Positions 19,296 through 29,789 of a stretch of 47,146 nucleotides of DNA are shown piece after piece (the stretch's first letter is position 1; every line of letters begins with the position of its first letter). Below the pieces are notes generated by a model. It was not told the DNA's origin and made no database searches. It saw nothing but the letters and a program-made list of their open reading frames with translations. Both the position numbers and the translations under genes were made by a program. This DNA comes from Candidatus Heimdallarchaeota archaeon (GTDB taxonomy: Archaea > Asgardarchaeota > Heimdallarchaeia > Heimdallarchaeales > Kariarchaeaceae). The DNA is taken from the NCBI GenBank assembly GCA_015523565.1, contig WAKA01000009.1:1-47146 (forward strand), in the 5' to 3' direction.

Positions 19296-20073
19296 TATCA
19301 TCTTTGAAGCTGAAAACATCCACAAGTATTTTGGAGGTGTAAAAGCGTTGCAAGGCGCAACTGTCCTTGTGGAAAAAGGAAAACTAACTTCCCTGATCGG
19401 TCCGAATGGAAGCGGAAAAAGCACTTTCTTTAATGTGATTACAGGTTTCCTTAAAGCGGAAGAAAATAGCGGCAAAATCATCTTCAAAAAACATAACATC
19501 AAAAACTTGCCACCAGAATACATCCCATGGCTTGGTATGGTAAGAACGTTTCAGCACACCCGCAATTTCCCCCAAATGACCGTTCTTGAAAACATGCTAG
19601 TCTCCCCCAAAAAACAAGTCGGTGAAAGCCTAATCTGGAGTTTTCTAGCCAAACCAATCTGGCAAAGGGAAGATGCAGTCAATGTGAAAAAGGCATTGCA
19701 AATCCTTGATTTTCTTGAAATTGCCCATGTCATGGATCACTTGGCCAGCGAACTGTCTGGTGGTCAACAAAAGCTGTTGGCGATAGGCAGACTCCTTATG
19801 ACTGCTCCATCATTGCTTTTGCTCGATGAACCTGTGGCAGGTGTTAACCCTACCCTTGCCAATAAAATCTTTGACCAAATTATCAATTTGAAAGAAAAAC
19901 AGGGAATAGATGTTCTTTTGATTGAACATAATATGGATGTTGTCATGTCCTTCTCAGACCATATCTTTGTCATGGCAGAAGGAAGGGTCATTGCGGAAGG
20001 AGACCCATCAAGCATCCAAAAAGACAAGAAGGTTCTTGATGCATACCTCGGAGAAAGTCCAGACGAAGCATAA
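19288..20073 (+). CDS. livG: Branched-chain amino acid ABC transporter ATPase LivG
   Basis: KYFGG, GPNGSGKST, RTFQ, LSGGQQKLL, DEPVAGVNP, IEHNM, AYLG. Confidence 0.92.
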   Translation: MSDIIFEAENIHKYFGGVKALQGATVLVEKGKLTSLIGPNGSGKSTFFNVITGFLKAEENSGKIIFKKHNIKNLPPEYIPWLGMVRTFQHTRNFPQMTVLENMLVSPKKQVGESLIWSFLAKPIWQREDAVNVKKALQILDFLEIAHVMDHLASELSGGQQKLLAIGRLLMTAPSLLLLDEPVAGVNPTLANKIFDQIINLKEKQGIDVLLIEHNMDVVMSFSDHIFVMAEGRVIAEGDPSSIQKDKKVLDAYLGESPDEA

Positions 20074-20284
20074 TCTGTGCTTCTCTTAAATTGCTGCTCT
20101 TATTTGTTTATTTTAATTTTACCTACTCGATTCTCCTTGTTGTAATAAAAAAATTTCAAGTTTTTGGCACCTTTGAACTCTGTAATCAAATTTTCTAATT
20201 TTCTACCATCTTGTTAGGTACCTCCAAAAAGTTTAATAAGGGGTGGTCTGAAATATTGCTTTTAAGGTAATTCGGTGAACTGAT

Positions 20285-21607
20285 ATGGTAACCGCAGATG
20301 TTGTCGGTGGCAAAAAATATGATTTTGACCATCTTTCAAATTATCTGAACCCCCATATGAAGGGTTTTGAAAAATCACCCACTCTTGCAATCAATGAACT
20401 GTCCAGAGAAATGGAAATGCAGGGGATGAAGGTCTACAGATTCGGATTTGGTCAATCTCCTTTTCCTGTTCCCAACTTCATGGTCAAGGAATTGCAGAAC
20501 TATGCAAAAGAAAAGGATTATTTGCCCGTCGAAGGGCTCCCTGAACTCAGGGAAGCCGTCGCAAATTTCTACAGGGAAGTAAAAGGCATTGAAGTCGAAT
20601 GGAATCAGGTGCTTATCGCCCCTGGCTCAAAACAACTTCTTTTCCTCATCCAATTCGTCCTAAATGCTGAACTCCTTATTCCTGTACCATGTTGGGTGAC
20701 TTACATCCCCCAAGCAAAACTTTTAGGTAGGCAAGTCCACACCTTCATGACTTCTGCCGACAACAACTGGGAACTGGATCCTTTTGAACTCGAAGAATAT
20801 CTGCAATCCACTTCCAATACCCCAAAACTTCTTCTTCTCAATTATTACAACAATCCCACAGGAACCGAAGCTCATGCCAAAAACCTAATGAAAATTGCCG
20901 AAATTGCAAGAAAATACGGTGTTGTTGTTGTCTCTGACGAAATTTATGATCGACTCACATTTACAGACAACTACTCATCGATCGTAAAATATTATCCTGA
21001 AGGAACAATCATTAGCAGTGGACTGTCAAAATGGGCTGGTGCTGGTGGATGGAGACTTGGAACCTTTATTTTCCCAAAACGCCTTGGGGAAATCCAACGG
21101 GCATGTGCTGTCCTTGCTTCTGAAACTTACTCCTGTGTTGCCGCGCCCATTCAATATGCAGGCGTTGCGGCCTATAATGATAGGGATCGGATACACAAAT
21201 ATATCTCTAAATCCGTCAAGATTCTCAAGCTTATTTCATCTTATTGCTCCATGAAGCTTGTACAAGCAGGAATCAGAGTCAATCCTTCTGCTGGAGCATT
21301 TTATCTTTTCATTGATTTCGAAAAACTCAGGGACAAACTTCTTGCCAAAGGTGTCCATACAAGTATTGAACTAACGCACACCTTGCTTCAGGAAACAGGA
21401 GTTGCTCTACTGCCAGGCACCGCTTTTGGAATGCCTCCTGAATCATTGACTGCACGTTTGGCTTATGTGGACTTCAATGGAGCACACGCTTTAGAAATGC
21501 TTGGAAATTACCTTGAGTATGATTCTGACAAAGATTTCCTTATGGAAATCGCCCCCAATGTTGTTGAAGGAATTGATGCACTTACTGAGTGGGTCGAAAC
21601 TCTCTGA
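20285..21607 (+). CDS. Class I/II PLP-dependent aminotransferase (aspartate aminotransferase-like)
   Basis: GLPELREAVA, GSKQ, NNPTG, SDEIY, GLSKWAGAGGWRLG (PLP lysine), GAFY, LPG. Confidence 0.92.
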   Translation: MVTADVVGGKKYDFDHLSNYLNPHMKGFEKSPTLAINELSREMEMQGMKVYRFGFGQSPFPVPNFMVKELQNYAKEKDYLPVEGLPELREAVANFYREVKGIEVEWNQVLIAPGSKQLLFLIQFVLNAELLIPVPCWVTYIPQAKLLGRQVHTFMTSADNNWELDPFELEEYLQSTSNTPKLLLLNYYNNPTGTEAHAKNLMKIAEIARKYGVVVVSDEIYDRLTFTDNYSSIVKYYPEGTIISSGLSKWAGAGGWRLGTFIFPKRLGEIQRACAVLASETYSCVAAPIQYAGVAAYNDRDRIHKYISKSVKILKLISSYCSMKLVQAGIRVNPSAGAFYLFIDFEKLRDKLLAKGVHTSIELTHTLLQETGVALLPGTAFGMPPESLTARLAYVDFNGAHALEMLGNYLEYDSDKDFLMEIAPNVVEGIDALTEWVETL

Positions 21608-21777
21608 AAATACTCTACAAATGGCTGATAATCAATCCAAAACTAATCAATATCCATTTTCAATTAAAAAAAATATTTCAATCAAATCTTACTATGAATC
21701 ATCACAAAATGCAGGGCAAAACCGTCTGAAGCCAGTTTGTCTAGGGACTGAATAAGTTTTTCACAAAAACTTGACAT

Positions 21778-22590
21778 CTATGCAATCCATGAATCATTAT
21801 GAACAAAAAATTCATGGAATATGTGGGATATAGTTTTTACCGAAAAATTTATTCGACCGTTTATGTCTATCTTTGGTCCAGCCAGAACAAAACTAGAACC
21901 CAAAAAGCAGTTATGCATTGAGACCCAATCCAGACCTCCATAAATGCTGGGTTTATTTGGAAAAATTCTACAGGAGTTAAATGCAAGACTTCTTAACTTA
22001 TTTGGAATTGAATCCAAAAATATGTCTGACAAAAAGAACGACGCTCGTCTCCATTCATATCCTGAAACAATTTCTACTCCTTTTAGTTGCATTGCAATAT
22101 TTAGCTTCTTTAATTTCCCAAAAGAAAGATCAAATGTACCGCTGCCCTTCGAATTTGAGACATGCAAAACCTCCAACGAACTAGGAAGAGGTGGCCATTC
22201 CTCAACATCAACATGGTCTAGTGTAATTTTCAAAACACGCAAGTAATTTAATTCAAAAACATTCTCTGGAAAAAAAGTAAGTGGTTGATAACCATAAAAA
22301 CCTATAACATGTCCTTTTTGATTCAATGTTAATTTCCATGCGGCCTGACCTCTTTGGTTCATAACATAAACATTTCCCTTAATGTCCGAGGAATTATATT
22401 CTTCTTGCCATTTCAACAAATCCAGTGTTCTTATTGAATTGAACTTCCCCTTATTGACAAGTGAAATTCCCTCAATCATTCGGACATATGCATGAAGATC
22501 TTTCAAAATCTCATTTTCCTTTTGATCAATCTTGACGGATACTCTTTCACCTGTTTTTTCATCTACCAATGGGAGATAGAAATCTGCCAT
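21778..22590 (-). CDS. Hypothetical protein with degenerate leucine-rich-repeat-like segments
   Basis: 270 aa; FPENVFELNYLRVLKI, LPSSLEVLHVSN, FGKLKKLNI, IPNKLRSLAFNSC. Confidence 0.5.
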   Translation of the reverse strand: MADFYLPLVDEKTGERVSVKIDQKENEILKDLHAYVRMIEGISLVNKGKFNSIRTLDLLKWQEEYNSSDIKGNVYVMNQRGQAAWKLTLNQKGHVIGFYGYQPLTFFPENVFELNYLRVLKITLDHVDVEEWPPLPSSLEVLHVSNSKGSGTFDLSFGKLKKLNIAMQLKGVEIVSGYEWRRASFFLSDIFLDSIPNKLRSLAFNSCRIFPNKPSIYGGLDWVSMHNCFLGSSFVLAGPKIDINGRINFSVKTISHIFHEFFVHNDSWIA

Positions 22591-22859
22591 TGTATATATT
22601 GACTCCGTTTACATATTAAAGTATTCTTTATGATCAAATTACATGTTATTTACCTTTTTCCTCTCTCTTTAAGAATCATCGAAATGTTGGTTCAAATGAT
22701 AAATGGTTATTTTAACTAAATGGGTTTTTAATGTGTTTAAATTCATCTGTACATCTATCTCAAAAACTTTCTCACAAAATGAGAAAATCAATCCTTATCC
22801 ACAAGTAAACTTTCCTAAGTCTTAAATACAAAAAAATAAAAGCAAAAAACAGAGGAATT

Positions 22860-24152
22860 ATGAGTTCAAAGAAACCTCACTTGAACCTAGTTATCATCGG
22901 TCACGTCGACCATGGTAAGTCAACCATGACTGGTCACCTCCTATATCTTGCAGGAGCAATCGACCAGAGAACAATGGATAAATATGAAAAAGAATCTGAG
23001 AAAATCGGAAGGGGAACCTGGAAGTTTGCATGGGCTCTCGACAAACTGAAGGAAGAGCGTGAAAGAGGTGTGACTATTGATATTGCCTTCTTTAAATTCG
23101 AGACGCCTAAGCAAGTTTATACCATTATTGATGCTCCTGGTCACCGTGACTTTGTCAAGAACATGATTACTGGTACTTCACAGGCAGATGCCGCTGTTTT
23201 GGTTGTTTCAGCAGAGAAGGGTGGTTTCGAGGCTGGAATTTCCGCACAGGGTCAGACACGTGAACATGCTTTATTGGCAAAGACCTTGGGTGTTGACCAG
23301 TTGGTCGTTGCTATCAACAAAATGGACACTGTCGATTTCTCACAGGATCGTTACAATGAAATCAAAGATGAAATTGGTTCCTTCTTAAAGGGTATTGGTT
23401 ACAAGATAGACAAAGTTCCCTTCGTTCCTGTCTCTGGTATTACTGGTGACAATCTGAAGGAACGCAGTGACAAGACTCCTTGGTACAAGGGTCCAACATT
23501 ATTGGAGGCATTGGACACATTCTCACCACCTCCCAAACCAACTGACAAGCCACTGAGACTGCCCATCCAAGATGTTTACACCATTACTGGTATTGGTACC
23601 GTTCCTTCAGGTCGTGTTGAGACTGGTACAATGAAACCTGGTGACAAGGTTGTCTTTGCTCCTTCAGGAAAGACAGGTACTGTCAACAGCATTGAGATGC
23701 ACCATGAGGCAATTCCAGTTGCTGAACCTGGTGACAACATTGGTTTTTCAGTTAAGGGTATCGGCAAGAAAGATGTAAGACGTGGTGATGTTGTTGGTCA
23801 TCCAGACAATCCACCCACTGTTGCAGAAGAATTCAAGGCCCAAGTCATTGTCATGAGACATCCTACTGTTATTGCCCCTGGTTACACTCCAGTTATTCAC
23901 ATTGGTACCTCACAAACCGCATGCACCTTTGCAGAGTTGGTGAGCAAGACAACAAAGGGTGCTAAGGTTGACAAGCCTGACATCTTGAAGAACGGTGATT
24001 CCGCAATTGTCAAGATGATCCCTGTCAAGCCATTTGTTGTTGAGTCCTTTAAGGACTTTCCACAGTTGGGTCGCTTTGCAGTTCGTGACATGGGTCAGAC
24101 AGTTGCTGTCGGTGTTGCAATGGAAGTCACAAAGAAGAAAGACTATCTATAA
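22860..24152 (+). CDS. tuf: Translation elongation factor EF-1alpha
   Basis: [54 protein letters not shown]; visibly biased codon usage. Confidence 0.98.
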   Translation: MSSKKPHLNLVIIGHVDHGKSTMTGHLLYLAGAIDQRTMDKYEKESEKIGRGTWKFAWALDKLKEERERGVTIDIAFFKFETPKQVYTIIDAPGHRDFVKNMITGTSQADAAVLVVSAEKGGFEAGISAQGQTREHALLAKTLGVDQLVVAINKMDTVDFSQDRYNEIKDEIGSFLKGIGYKIDKVPFVPVSGITGDNLKERSDKTPWYKGPTLLEALDTFSPPPKPTDKPLRLPIQDVYTITGIGTVPSGRVETGTMKPGDKVVFAPSGKTGTVNSIEMHHEAIPVAEPGDNIGFSVKGIGKKDVRRGDVVGHPDNPPTVAEEFKAQVIVMRHPTVIAPGYTPVIHIGTSQTACTFAELVSKTTKGAKVDKPDILKNGDSAIVKMIPVKPFVVESFKDFPQLGRFAVRDMGQTVAVGVAMEVTKKKDYL

Positions 24153-24364
24153 GCCTAATTTGATGTCTATCCTTTAATTTGATCATTTTTTGTCAAAACA
24201 ATATATTTTGTTATCTTATTGCAAATTTTGATTTCAATACACAGGTTGTCAATTTTTTGGAATTAGTTAATTGCTGATTTTAATTTGAAAATTTCGTTCA
24301 AAAATTTCTATTGGATGAATTTCCATTTGACAATTCATATTAATGTGATAAAAAAAATAGGGTT

Positions 24365-26251
24365 ATGAGACGTTTTTTGTCTATTTTGATGCTATTTTTG
24401 ATTTGGACATCGGTTTCTGTTAATGTAAACAGTGCTGATAATTCAAATGAATTGACATGGGGTTTGATTGCGATTGGTGCACCTGGTGCTTGGAATTATA
24501 CACTAGGTTTGAAAGAGATCGTTGTTGCCGTCATTGATTCTGGTCTTGATTATAGACACCCTGAATTTGCAGGAAGAGTATGGAATAACACTGATGAGAT
24601 TTTGAATGGTATTGATGACGATGGCAATGGCTATATTGATGACATTCGTGGATGGAATTTTTATGATGGTACAAATGATCCTTTTGATGCTCTCCCCTCA
24701 TCACATGGTACTCATGTTTCTGGTACGATTGCCGCGGCACTTGATGGTGTTGGTGTTGCAGGTGTTGCACCCAATGTCACGATCATGCCTTTGAAGGTCT
24801 TTGGAACAGACGACAATGGTGGTGCTGTCGGTCTTTCTGATGCTATTCGTTATGCCATTGACAATGGCGCGAACATTATCTCTATGAGTTTAGGAGGTCT
24901 TGGTTTTACGACTGAAGAGCGTAAAGCCATAGAGGATGCATGGGATGCTGGACTTGTACTTGTAGCTGCCAATGGAAATGAAGCGGGACCTGTTGGTTTT
25001 CCTGCGGCTTTTGATGAAGTTATTGCAGTCTCTGCCGTGGATGAGAACTTGAAGCTCGCCGACTTTTCCAACACTGGGGATCCGACTGAAATAGCCGCAC
25101 CTGGTGTCGGTGTCAATTCAACAGTTCGTCAAGGTTCTGGTCAGTGGACCAAGTTCAGTGTGAATGGGACATCGTATGAGGCAAATTGGATGGAATTCGC
25201 CCCCAATGCAGATCCTGCCGTTATTGGGGAAATGGAATACATTGGTCTTGGTCGATCCGAGGATGTTGCCGGTCGAAATTTGACAGGAAAAATTGCCTTG
25301 ATTCAAAGAGGAGAAATCTATTTCCGTGATAAGGTTGGAAATGCTTCTGCTGTAGGTGCAATCGGTGCAGTTATTTTCAACAATCAGCCAGGGAATTTCC
25401 TTGGCACTCTTGGAGAACCTGGTGAAATTCCTGCTGTATCCATCTCAAAGTCAGATGGTCAATTCCTGTTGGATCAATTGAATCAAAACATGACTTTGAA
25501 TGCAACGCTTGTTTCAAAACCTGCAAATTATAGCATGCTATCTGGTACGTCCATGGCCACCCCACATGTCTCTGGAGCCGCAGCATTAGTCTGGAGCCTT
25601 AACACAAGCTTAAGCAATATTGAGGTAAGGCGTATCCTTGCTCGAAGCACCACGGATCTTGGAACAAAGGGTCGCGATAAATCATACGGTTTCGGACTGT
25701 TGAATGTTGAAAAGGCAATGGAAGTAACGTTGGATTCTTCACTTCCCATACTTGATTACAACCTTTCCACCTCTTGGAACAATGATACAAACAAAATTAC
25801 CGCTTGGGTCAATTTCACGAGTACTGATGACGTTGGAATCTGGTCAGTTACAATTGATGTGCTTGATGTAAATGGTTCGCTTGTGGCAAACAAGGTTTAT
25901 ATGAACAATGACAGGGACAATAATTATAAAACTCGTGTCTTTTTCAAAGGTCTGGATTCAACTCGTGGTAATCTTACCTTTGTCTTGAATGTTGAGGATC
26001 TACGCGGACATCGCGTTTCAGCTATTGTGGATACAATTACGTACAATACAACTCAAACTCTTGTTTCATCAGGAAGTACAAAAACAAGTGAACCCGTGAC
26101 TTCATCTTCTTCTACTACAACAACAAATATTAGTGGCTCGGTTGAAACAAGTCCTACAACGTCAAACGTAACTCCAATCGACTTTGAAATGATTGTAAGT
26201 GGTCTAATCATTATGGTAGTGACTGTACGTCGTTCACGGAAACGTCGATAG
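24365..26251 (+). CDS. Membrane-anchored S8 subtilisin-like serine protease with PA domain
   Basis: Signal peptide; VIDSG, HGTHVSG, AANGN, GTSMATP; PA insert GKIALIQRG..F..K; S/T-rich linker, TM helix, RRSRKRR. Confidence 0.93.
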   Translation: MRRFLSILMLFLIWTSVSVNVNSADNSNELTWGLIAIGAPGAWNYTLGLKEIVVAVIDSGLDYRHPEFAGRVWNNTDEILNGIDDDGNGYIDDIRGWNFYDGTNDPFDALPSSHGTHVSGTIAAALDGVGVAGVAPNVTIMPLKVFGTDDNGGAVGLSDAIRYAIDNGANIISMSLGGLGFTTEERKAIEDAWDAGLVLVAANGNEAGPVGFPAAFDEVIAVSAVDENLKLADFSNTGDPTEIAAPGVGVNSTVRQGSGQWTKFSVNGTSYEANWMEFAPNADPAVIGEMEYIGLGRSEDVAGRNLTGKIALIQRGEIYFRDKVGNASAVGAIGAVIFNNQPGNFLGTLGEPGEIPAVSISKSDGQFLLDQLNQNMTLNATLVSKPANYSMLSGTSMATPHVSGAAALVWSLNTSLSNIEVRRILARSTTDLGTKGRDKSYGFGLLNVEKAMEVTLDSSLPILDYNLSTSWNNDTNKITAWVNFTSTDDVGIWSVTIDVLDVNGSLVANKVYMNNDRDNNYKTRVFFKGLDSTRGNLTFVLNVEDLRGHRVSAIVDTITYNTTQTLVSSGSTKTSEPVTSSSSTTTTNISGSVETSPTTSNVTPIDFEMIVSGLIIMVVTVRRSRKRR

Positions 26252-26447
26252 TTTAATTGGAAAATGAATTGAGACAACAATAAATCATCTGTATAATTGA
26301 ACTATCCCCTCTAATTCTATTATTTTTGTATGAAAAGATCACTATTGTGTGAACAAGCAAGGAAAAATGGAATTGTATTACATGCTTTTCAGAATTTTCT
26401 AAATAATTGATTTTTTCCTCATTTAAACATATGTGGATCAAAAAGAC

Positions 26448-27014
26448 TTATCGTGCAGAATATGCAATCCTTTCGATTTCCTGTTTCTTTCTGACACCTT
26501 GTGACGAGGTGTCATTGTTTGCCGCGGCAATCAGTTCGTCTGCAATGACTTCATCAAAAGATTTTATGTTTGAGAAGCAAGACTTGGTAATTCCTTCACA
26601 GATGTATCTTAATGCTAAGTCAACCCTCCTTAATGGAGCAACGTCAACAGCTTGGTGTTGGGCAACTCCACCATACGAAATCCTTGTTGTCTCTTCTCTT
26701 GGTGCTGCATTGACAATTGCATCAACAAGGACTTGAATTGGATTTTTCCCTGTTTTTGCATTAATGATTTCAAAAGCTGTTTCAACACTTTTGATGACCT
26801 TGAGTTTTTTGCCCGCATTTCTTCCTGGTCTCATGAGCTTGTTGATGAATCTTTCAACGATATTTACCTCTGCTTTCTTAAATCTCTGGGACGCATGTCT
26901 TCCTGCTGAGTGGGGAAGGATGATTGGCTTGAGGTTTACATATTTCTGAAGGCCAAGATCATTGACCTCAACGTCCTCGAATGTCCATTTGTCAAAAAGC
27001 TTGAATTCTGTCAT
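26448..27014 (-). CDS. rps7: 30S ribosomal protein uS7
   Basis: KLFDKW, PHSAGRH, IVERFINKLM, APREETTRISYGG, AVDVAPLRRVD, ERIAYSAR. Confidence 0.98.
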   Translation of the reverse strand: MTEFKLFDKWTFEDVEVNDLGLQKYVNLKPIILPHSAGRHASQRFKKAEVNIVERFINKLMRPGRNAGKKLKVIKSVETAFEIINAKTGKNPIQVLVDAIVNAAPREETTRISYGGVAQHQAVDVAPLRRVDLALRYICEGITKSCFSNIKSFDEVIADELIAAANNDTSSQGVRKKQEIERIAYSAR

Positions 27015-27020
27015 GTTCCA

Positions 27021-27548
27021 TCATTCCTCTATTTTTCCGATGATTACCTTTGCAGGGCATGGCATTTTGGAGACGCCTGATTGCATGGCTTGAATTGCCA
27101 GTTCCAAATTTTCCTTATTGACCCTTATTGTAAATAGTTCGTCATTTGCCTTGATTCTTGCGGCTCTGTCTGTTGGTTTTCCAAATGACTTTCTCATCCC
27201 ATCCTGCATTCTGTCTGCACCTGCGAATGCCATCATCTTGTTTTCCCTTAAGACATGGTGTGGATGTTTTCTGACTCTAAAGTGGTAGTTCTCTCGTCCT
27301 ACCTTTTTCATGAGTTTTCTGTTTATGGCTTGTCTTGCCGCTTCCAATGCCATATGCCTTATGTTGCATGCCTCGAGTCCTATCATGTGTACTTCAGCAT
27401 TGAAGTCGCCACCTTTTTTTCCCATGTCATAAATCTGCAATTTGGATCCTGGTATCCCTCTAATGTATCCTTTGGTTCTTCTTCCTTGTGTACGGGTATA
27501 CGCTGGTCCTTTTGAATATGAATAGCATCTTGCTGGTCTTTTACCCAT
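27021..27548 (-). CDS. rpl16: 50S ribosomal protein uL16 (L10e)
   Basis: MGKRPARCY, ALEAAR, HPHHVLRENKM..AGADRMQDGMRKSFGKP; start ATG 27548 with GAGGT upstream. Confidence 0.97.
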   Translation of the reverse strand: MGKRPARCYSYSKGPAYTRTQGRRTKGYIRGIPGSKLQIYDMGKKGGDFNAEVHMIGLEACNIRHMALEAARQAINRKLMKKVGRENYHFRVRKHPHHVLRENKMMAFAGADRMQDGMRKSFGKPTDRAARIKANDELFTIRVNKENLELAIQAMQSGVSKMPCPAKVIIGKIEE

Positions 27549-27614
27549 AATGATAACCTCTACAATTCTGTAGATGATTTTGGAATTTAAAAGGTATTCA
27601 TTGTTCACAAGAGA

Positions 27615-29645
27615 TTACACAAGGCGTTTTGACTTCCTTATGACTGTTTCATTTACCCTGTCCTTGAACAGTTCAACCATTGAATACGATGCACTTCTGA
27701 TTGCTGAAACTTCCTCCCCTTCTTTCTTGTATCCGAACACGATTTCTTCATCGTCTCTGAAGCAAGCGTACAGGTCTTTTTCCTCATAGTTATAAATTAA
27801 GATTGTCCCGAATTCCTTCGCCCTTTCCAACTCTTTTTTCCGTTTACCTGGGGGGATGTGAGTGACAATAGTCACTCTTGTACTCGGTGAATTTCTGACC
27901 AATGAAATTGCCAATCCAAACAAGGTGGAATCAAATGTCGGTGTAATTAGGGTCACTCGTCTTCTGGCTCGCAAAAGGAGATCGGTAATTGACGCATAAA
28001 TTGCAGGCAATCCGACAACAACTCCATTATCTACTGGGACTTTGATCTGGATTTTTTCCGTTGCCCTGAGAATCTTGCGAAGATCTAGGCTTCTTCCCTC
28101 AACCATTGTTTTTGCGAACTCTATTCTTTCTTTTAGAAGCAACATTGCTTCTTCCTCCTCTTTTCTCAATTGCATCAAATAGTCCTCAAGTGCGGAATGT
28201 ACTTGGGTCTCAAACAGTTCCTTCTCATTTATCCCCACCTCTTTCAGGTCTTCAATGTATTTCAATAGAATTTGCTTGGGTCTGTTGAAGGCATCAAGCA
28301 GATCCTTTTCATATGCTGCGAATGCATCATGCACGCTTTGAACCATTGCTCCTTCAATTTCCTTGAGTTGTTCCCTTACTTCATTTGTTTTTGATGCCAC
28401 CCTTTTGGTCAACCCTTTTACTTGTTCTTGAATGTCCTCCCTAAGTTTGATTAGTGATTCGTCATCTTTTTGGTTGACCTCTGTCAAAATCCCTCCTATT
28501 TTATTAAGGGTATTCTTAAACTCCTGCTTGGTTTTCAGGAGCTTATTTTGTGCATTTGTTTCAGTTGACTTGATTGCATCTTCAACCTGCCTTAATTCGT
28601 TTGGCAATTGGTTGGCAATTGGGGAAAGTTGATCTTCTGCCTTTACAAAATGTGATAGGTCTGGCTTTTCAATTAGGCTTCCAAGTTCATCGAATTTTTC
28701 CCTCGCAAGCCGTTCCAGTTGTTCTGCTTGGACAGGGTCTGCTATTGTTTCCTTGATGTTTTTAACCAATGTCTCCCTTGAAAGCAAGAGTGTTTCCATG
28801 AGCTGTGCATGTCTTTTGGTTTCCTGTTCTCTCATGCTTTTTATGTTATCAAGTGTATCCTTAATCATTTGTACATTTTTAGCTAACATTCCACTTTTTT
28901 CTTTTAGTCTTTCCAAGTTTTCACTGATGGCTCCATTTATCTCATCAAAGTGTTTTTCAGTTGTCTTGAAATAATTGCCAAGCTGAAAATGGATGTTCTT
29001 CAATAGGCTGATTCTTTCTGCCTTTCTTTTCTTGACAAATTCCAGAAGTCCATCTTCCTCCTCAGTCAATGCCAAGGTCATTTTTGTACCCGACAGTTTT
29101 GTCAACTGTTCAAGAGGAACTGCCATTTTTGTTATCTCTTCTTTTAGGATATCCCTGAAATCTTGGATTGCCTTTACGTTCTTGACAGAAATCTCGTCCA
29201 AATCATCTTGTTTGGACAAGAGTGTATCTCTTAGTGGTTCAAGCACATTGCTGTAATATGAGTCCAAGAGTTGATTTATGAACATCGGCAGAGTGACTTC
29301 TTTGATGAAATTGCGTTTTTCCTCGAGTTCCTTCTGTTTTTCATCAATTGATTCAATCAAGGATGCAAGGCTAATTATGGCCTCCCTTTCCACAGTCAGA
29401 ATCTCCCTTAAAAATGGGAAATTGGCATAATACCTCTTGATTTTTTCACCGACTACAGAAACAAGTCCAAAATCAACAAGGTCTCTTAAGGATTCCAATA
29501 CTTCTATAAGCCCTTTGTTGCCTAAGGTTTCATTTATTTCTCCGGGTGTCATCACTCCTTTTCCGATAAGGACTCCATATACTTCCTGGTCAAGCTTGTT
29601 CAGACCGAACCTGTCAAAAAACTCTGCATATATCTCTTGAGACAT
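27615..29645 (-). CDS. TrmB-like protein: N-terminal winged HTH, about 450-aa coiled coil, C-terminal TrmB/PLD-like domain
   Basis: FGLNKLDQEVYGVL..G.MTPGEI..L.DLVDFGLV..RYYA; heptad-rich middle; AIYASITDLLLRARRRVTLITP..RDDEEIVFG. Confidence 0.7.
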   Translation of the reverse strand: MSQEIYAEFFDRFGLNKLDQEVYGVLIGKGVMTPGEINETLGNKGLIEVLESLRDLVDFGLVSVVGEKIKRYYANFPFLREILTVEREAIISLASLIESIDEKQKELEEKRNFIKEVTLPMFINQLLDSYYSNVLEPLRDTLLSKQDDLDEISVKNVKAIQDFRDILKEEITKMAVPLEQLTKLSGTKMTLALTEEEDGLLEFVKKRKAERISLLKNIHFQLGNYFKTTEKHFDEINGAISENLERLKEKSGMLAKNVQMIKDTLDNIKSMREQETKRHAQLMETLLLSRETLVKNIKETIADPVQAEQLERLAREKFDELGSLIEKPDLSHFVKAEDQLSPIANQLPNELRQVEDAIKSTETNAQNKLLKTKQEFKNTLNKIGGILTEVNQKDDESLIKLREDIQEQVKGLTKRVASKTNEVREQLKEIEGAMVQSVHDAFAAYEKDLLDAFNRPKQILLKYIEDLKEVGINEKELFETQVHSALEDYLMQLRKEEEEAMLLLKERIEFAKTMVEGRSLDLRKILRATEKIQIKVPVDNGVVVGLPAIYASITDLLLRARRRVTLITPTFDSTLFGLAISLVRNSPSTRVTIVTHIPPGKRKKELERAKEFGTILIYNYEEKDLYACFRDDEEIVFGYKKEGEEVSAIRSASYSMVELFKDRVNETVIRKSKRLV

Positions 29646-29789
29646 TTACATTATCATATTTGATTCAAAGAATAAATGTTTAACACTTGTAATTACCCAA
29701 ACTTTACAAAAATCATACCATTTTCTCCCATCCTATTTTTTCAGTCGCGCACTATCATAGTATCTTTATTGTCTGAATAATGAGTTCAT

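Noticed and set aside
22768-22786. Inverted repeat TTTCTCA-N5-TGAGAAA in the tuf upstream region
   Set aside because: Short and AT-rich; cannot be distinguished from chance without conservation data
22795-22803. Perfect bacterial DnaA box TTATCCACA upstream of tuf
   Set aside because: Single copy in an archaeal context; a lone 9-mer is plausible by chance; no cdc6/orc or ORB repeats seen
27615-29645. SMC/Rad50 or methyl-accepting chemotaxis protein call for the coiled-coil protein
   Set aside because: No Walker A/B, signature, zinc hook or MCP hairpin motif; termini are TrmB-like
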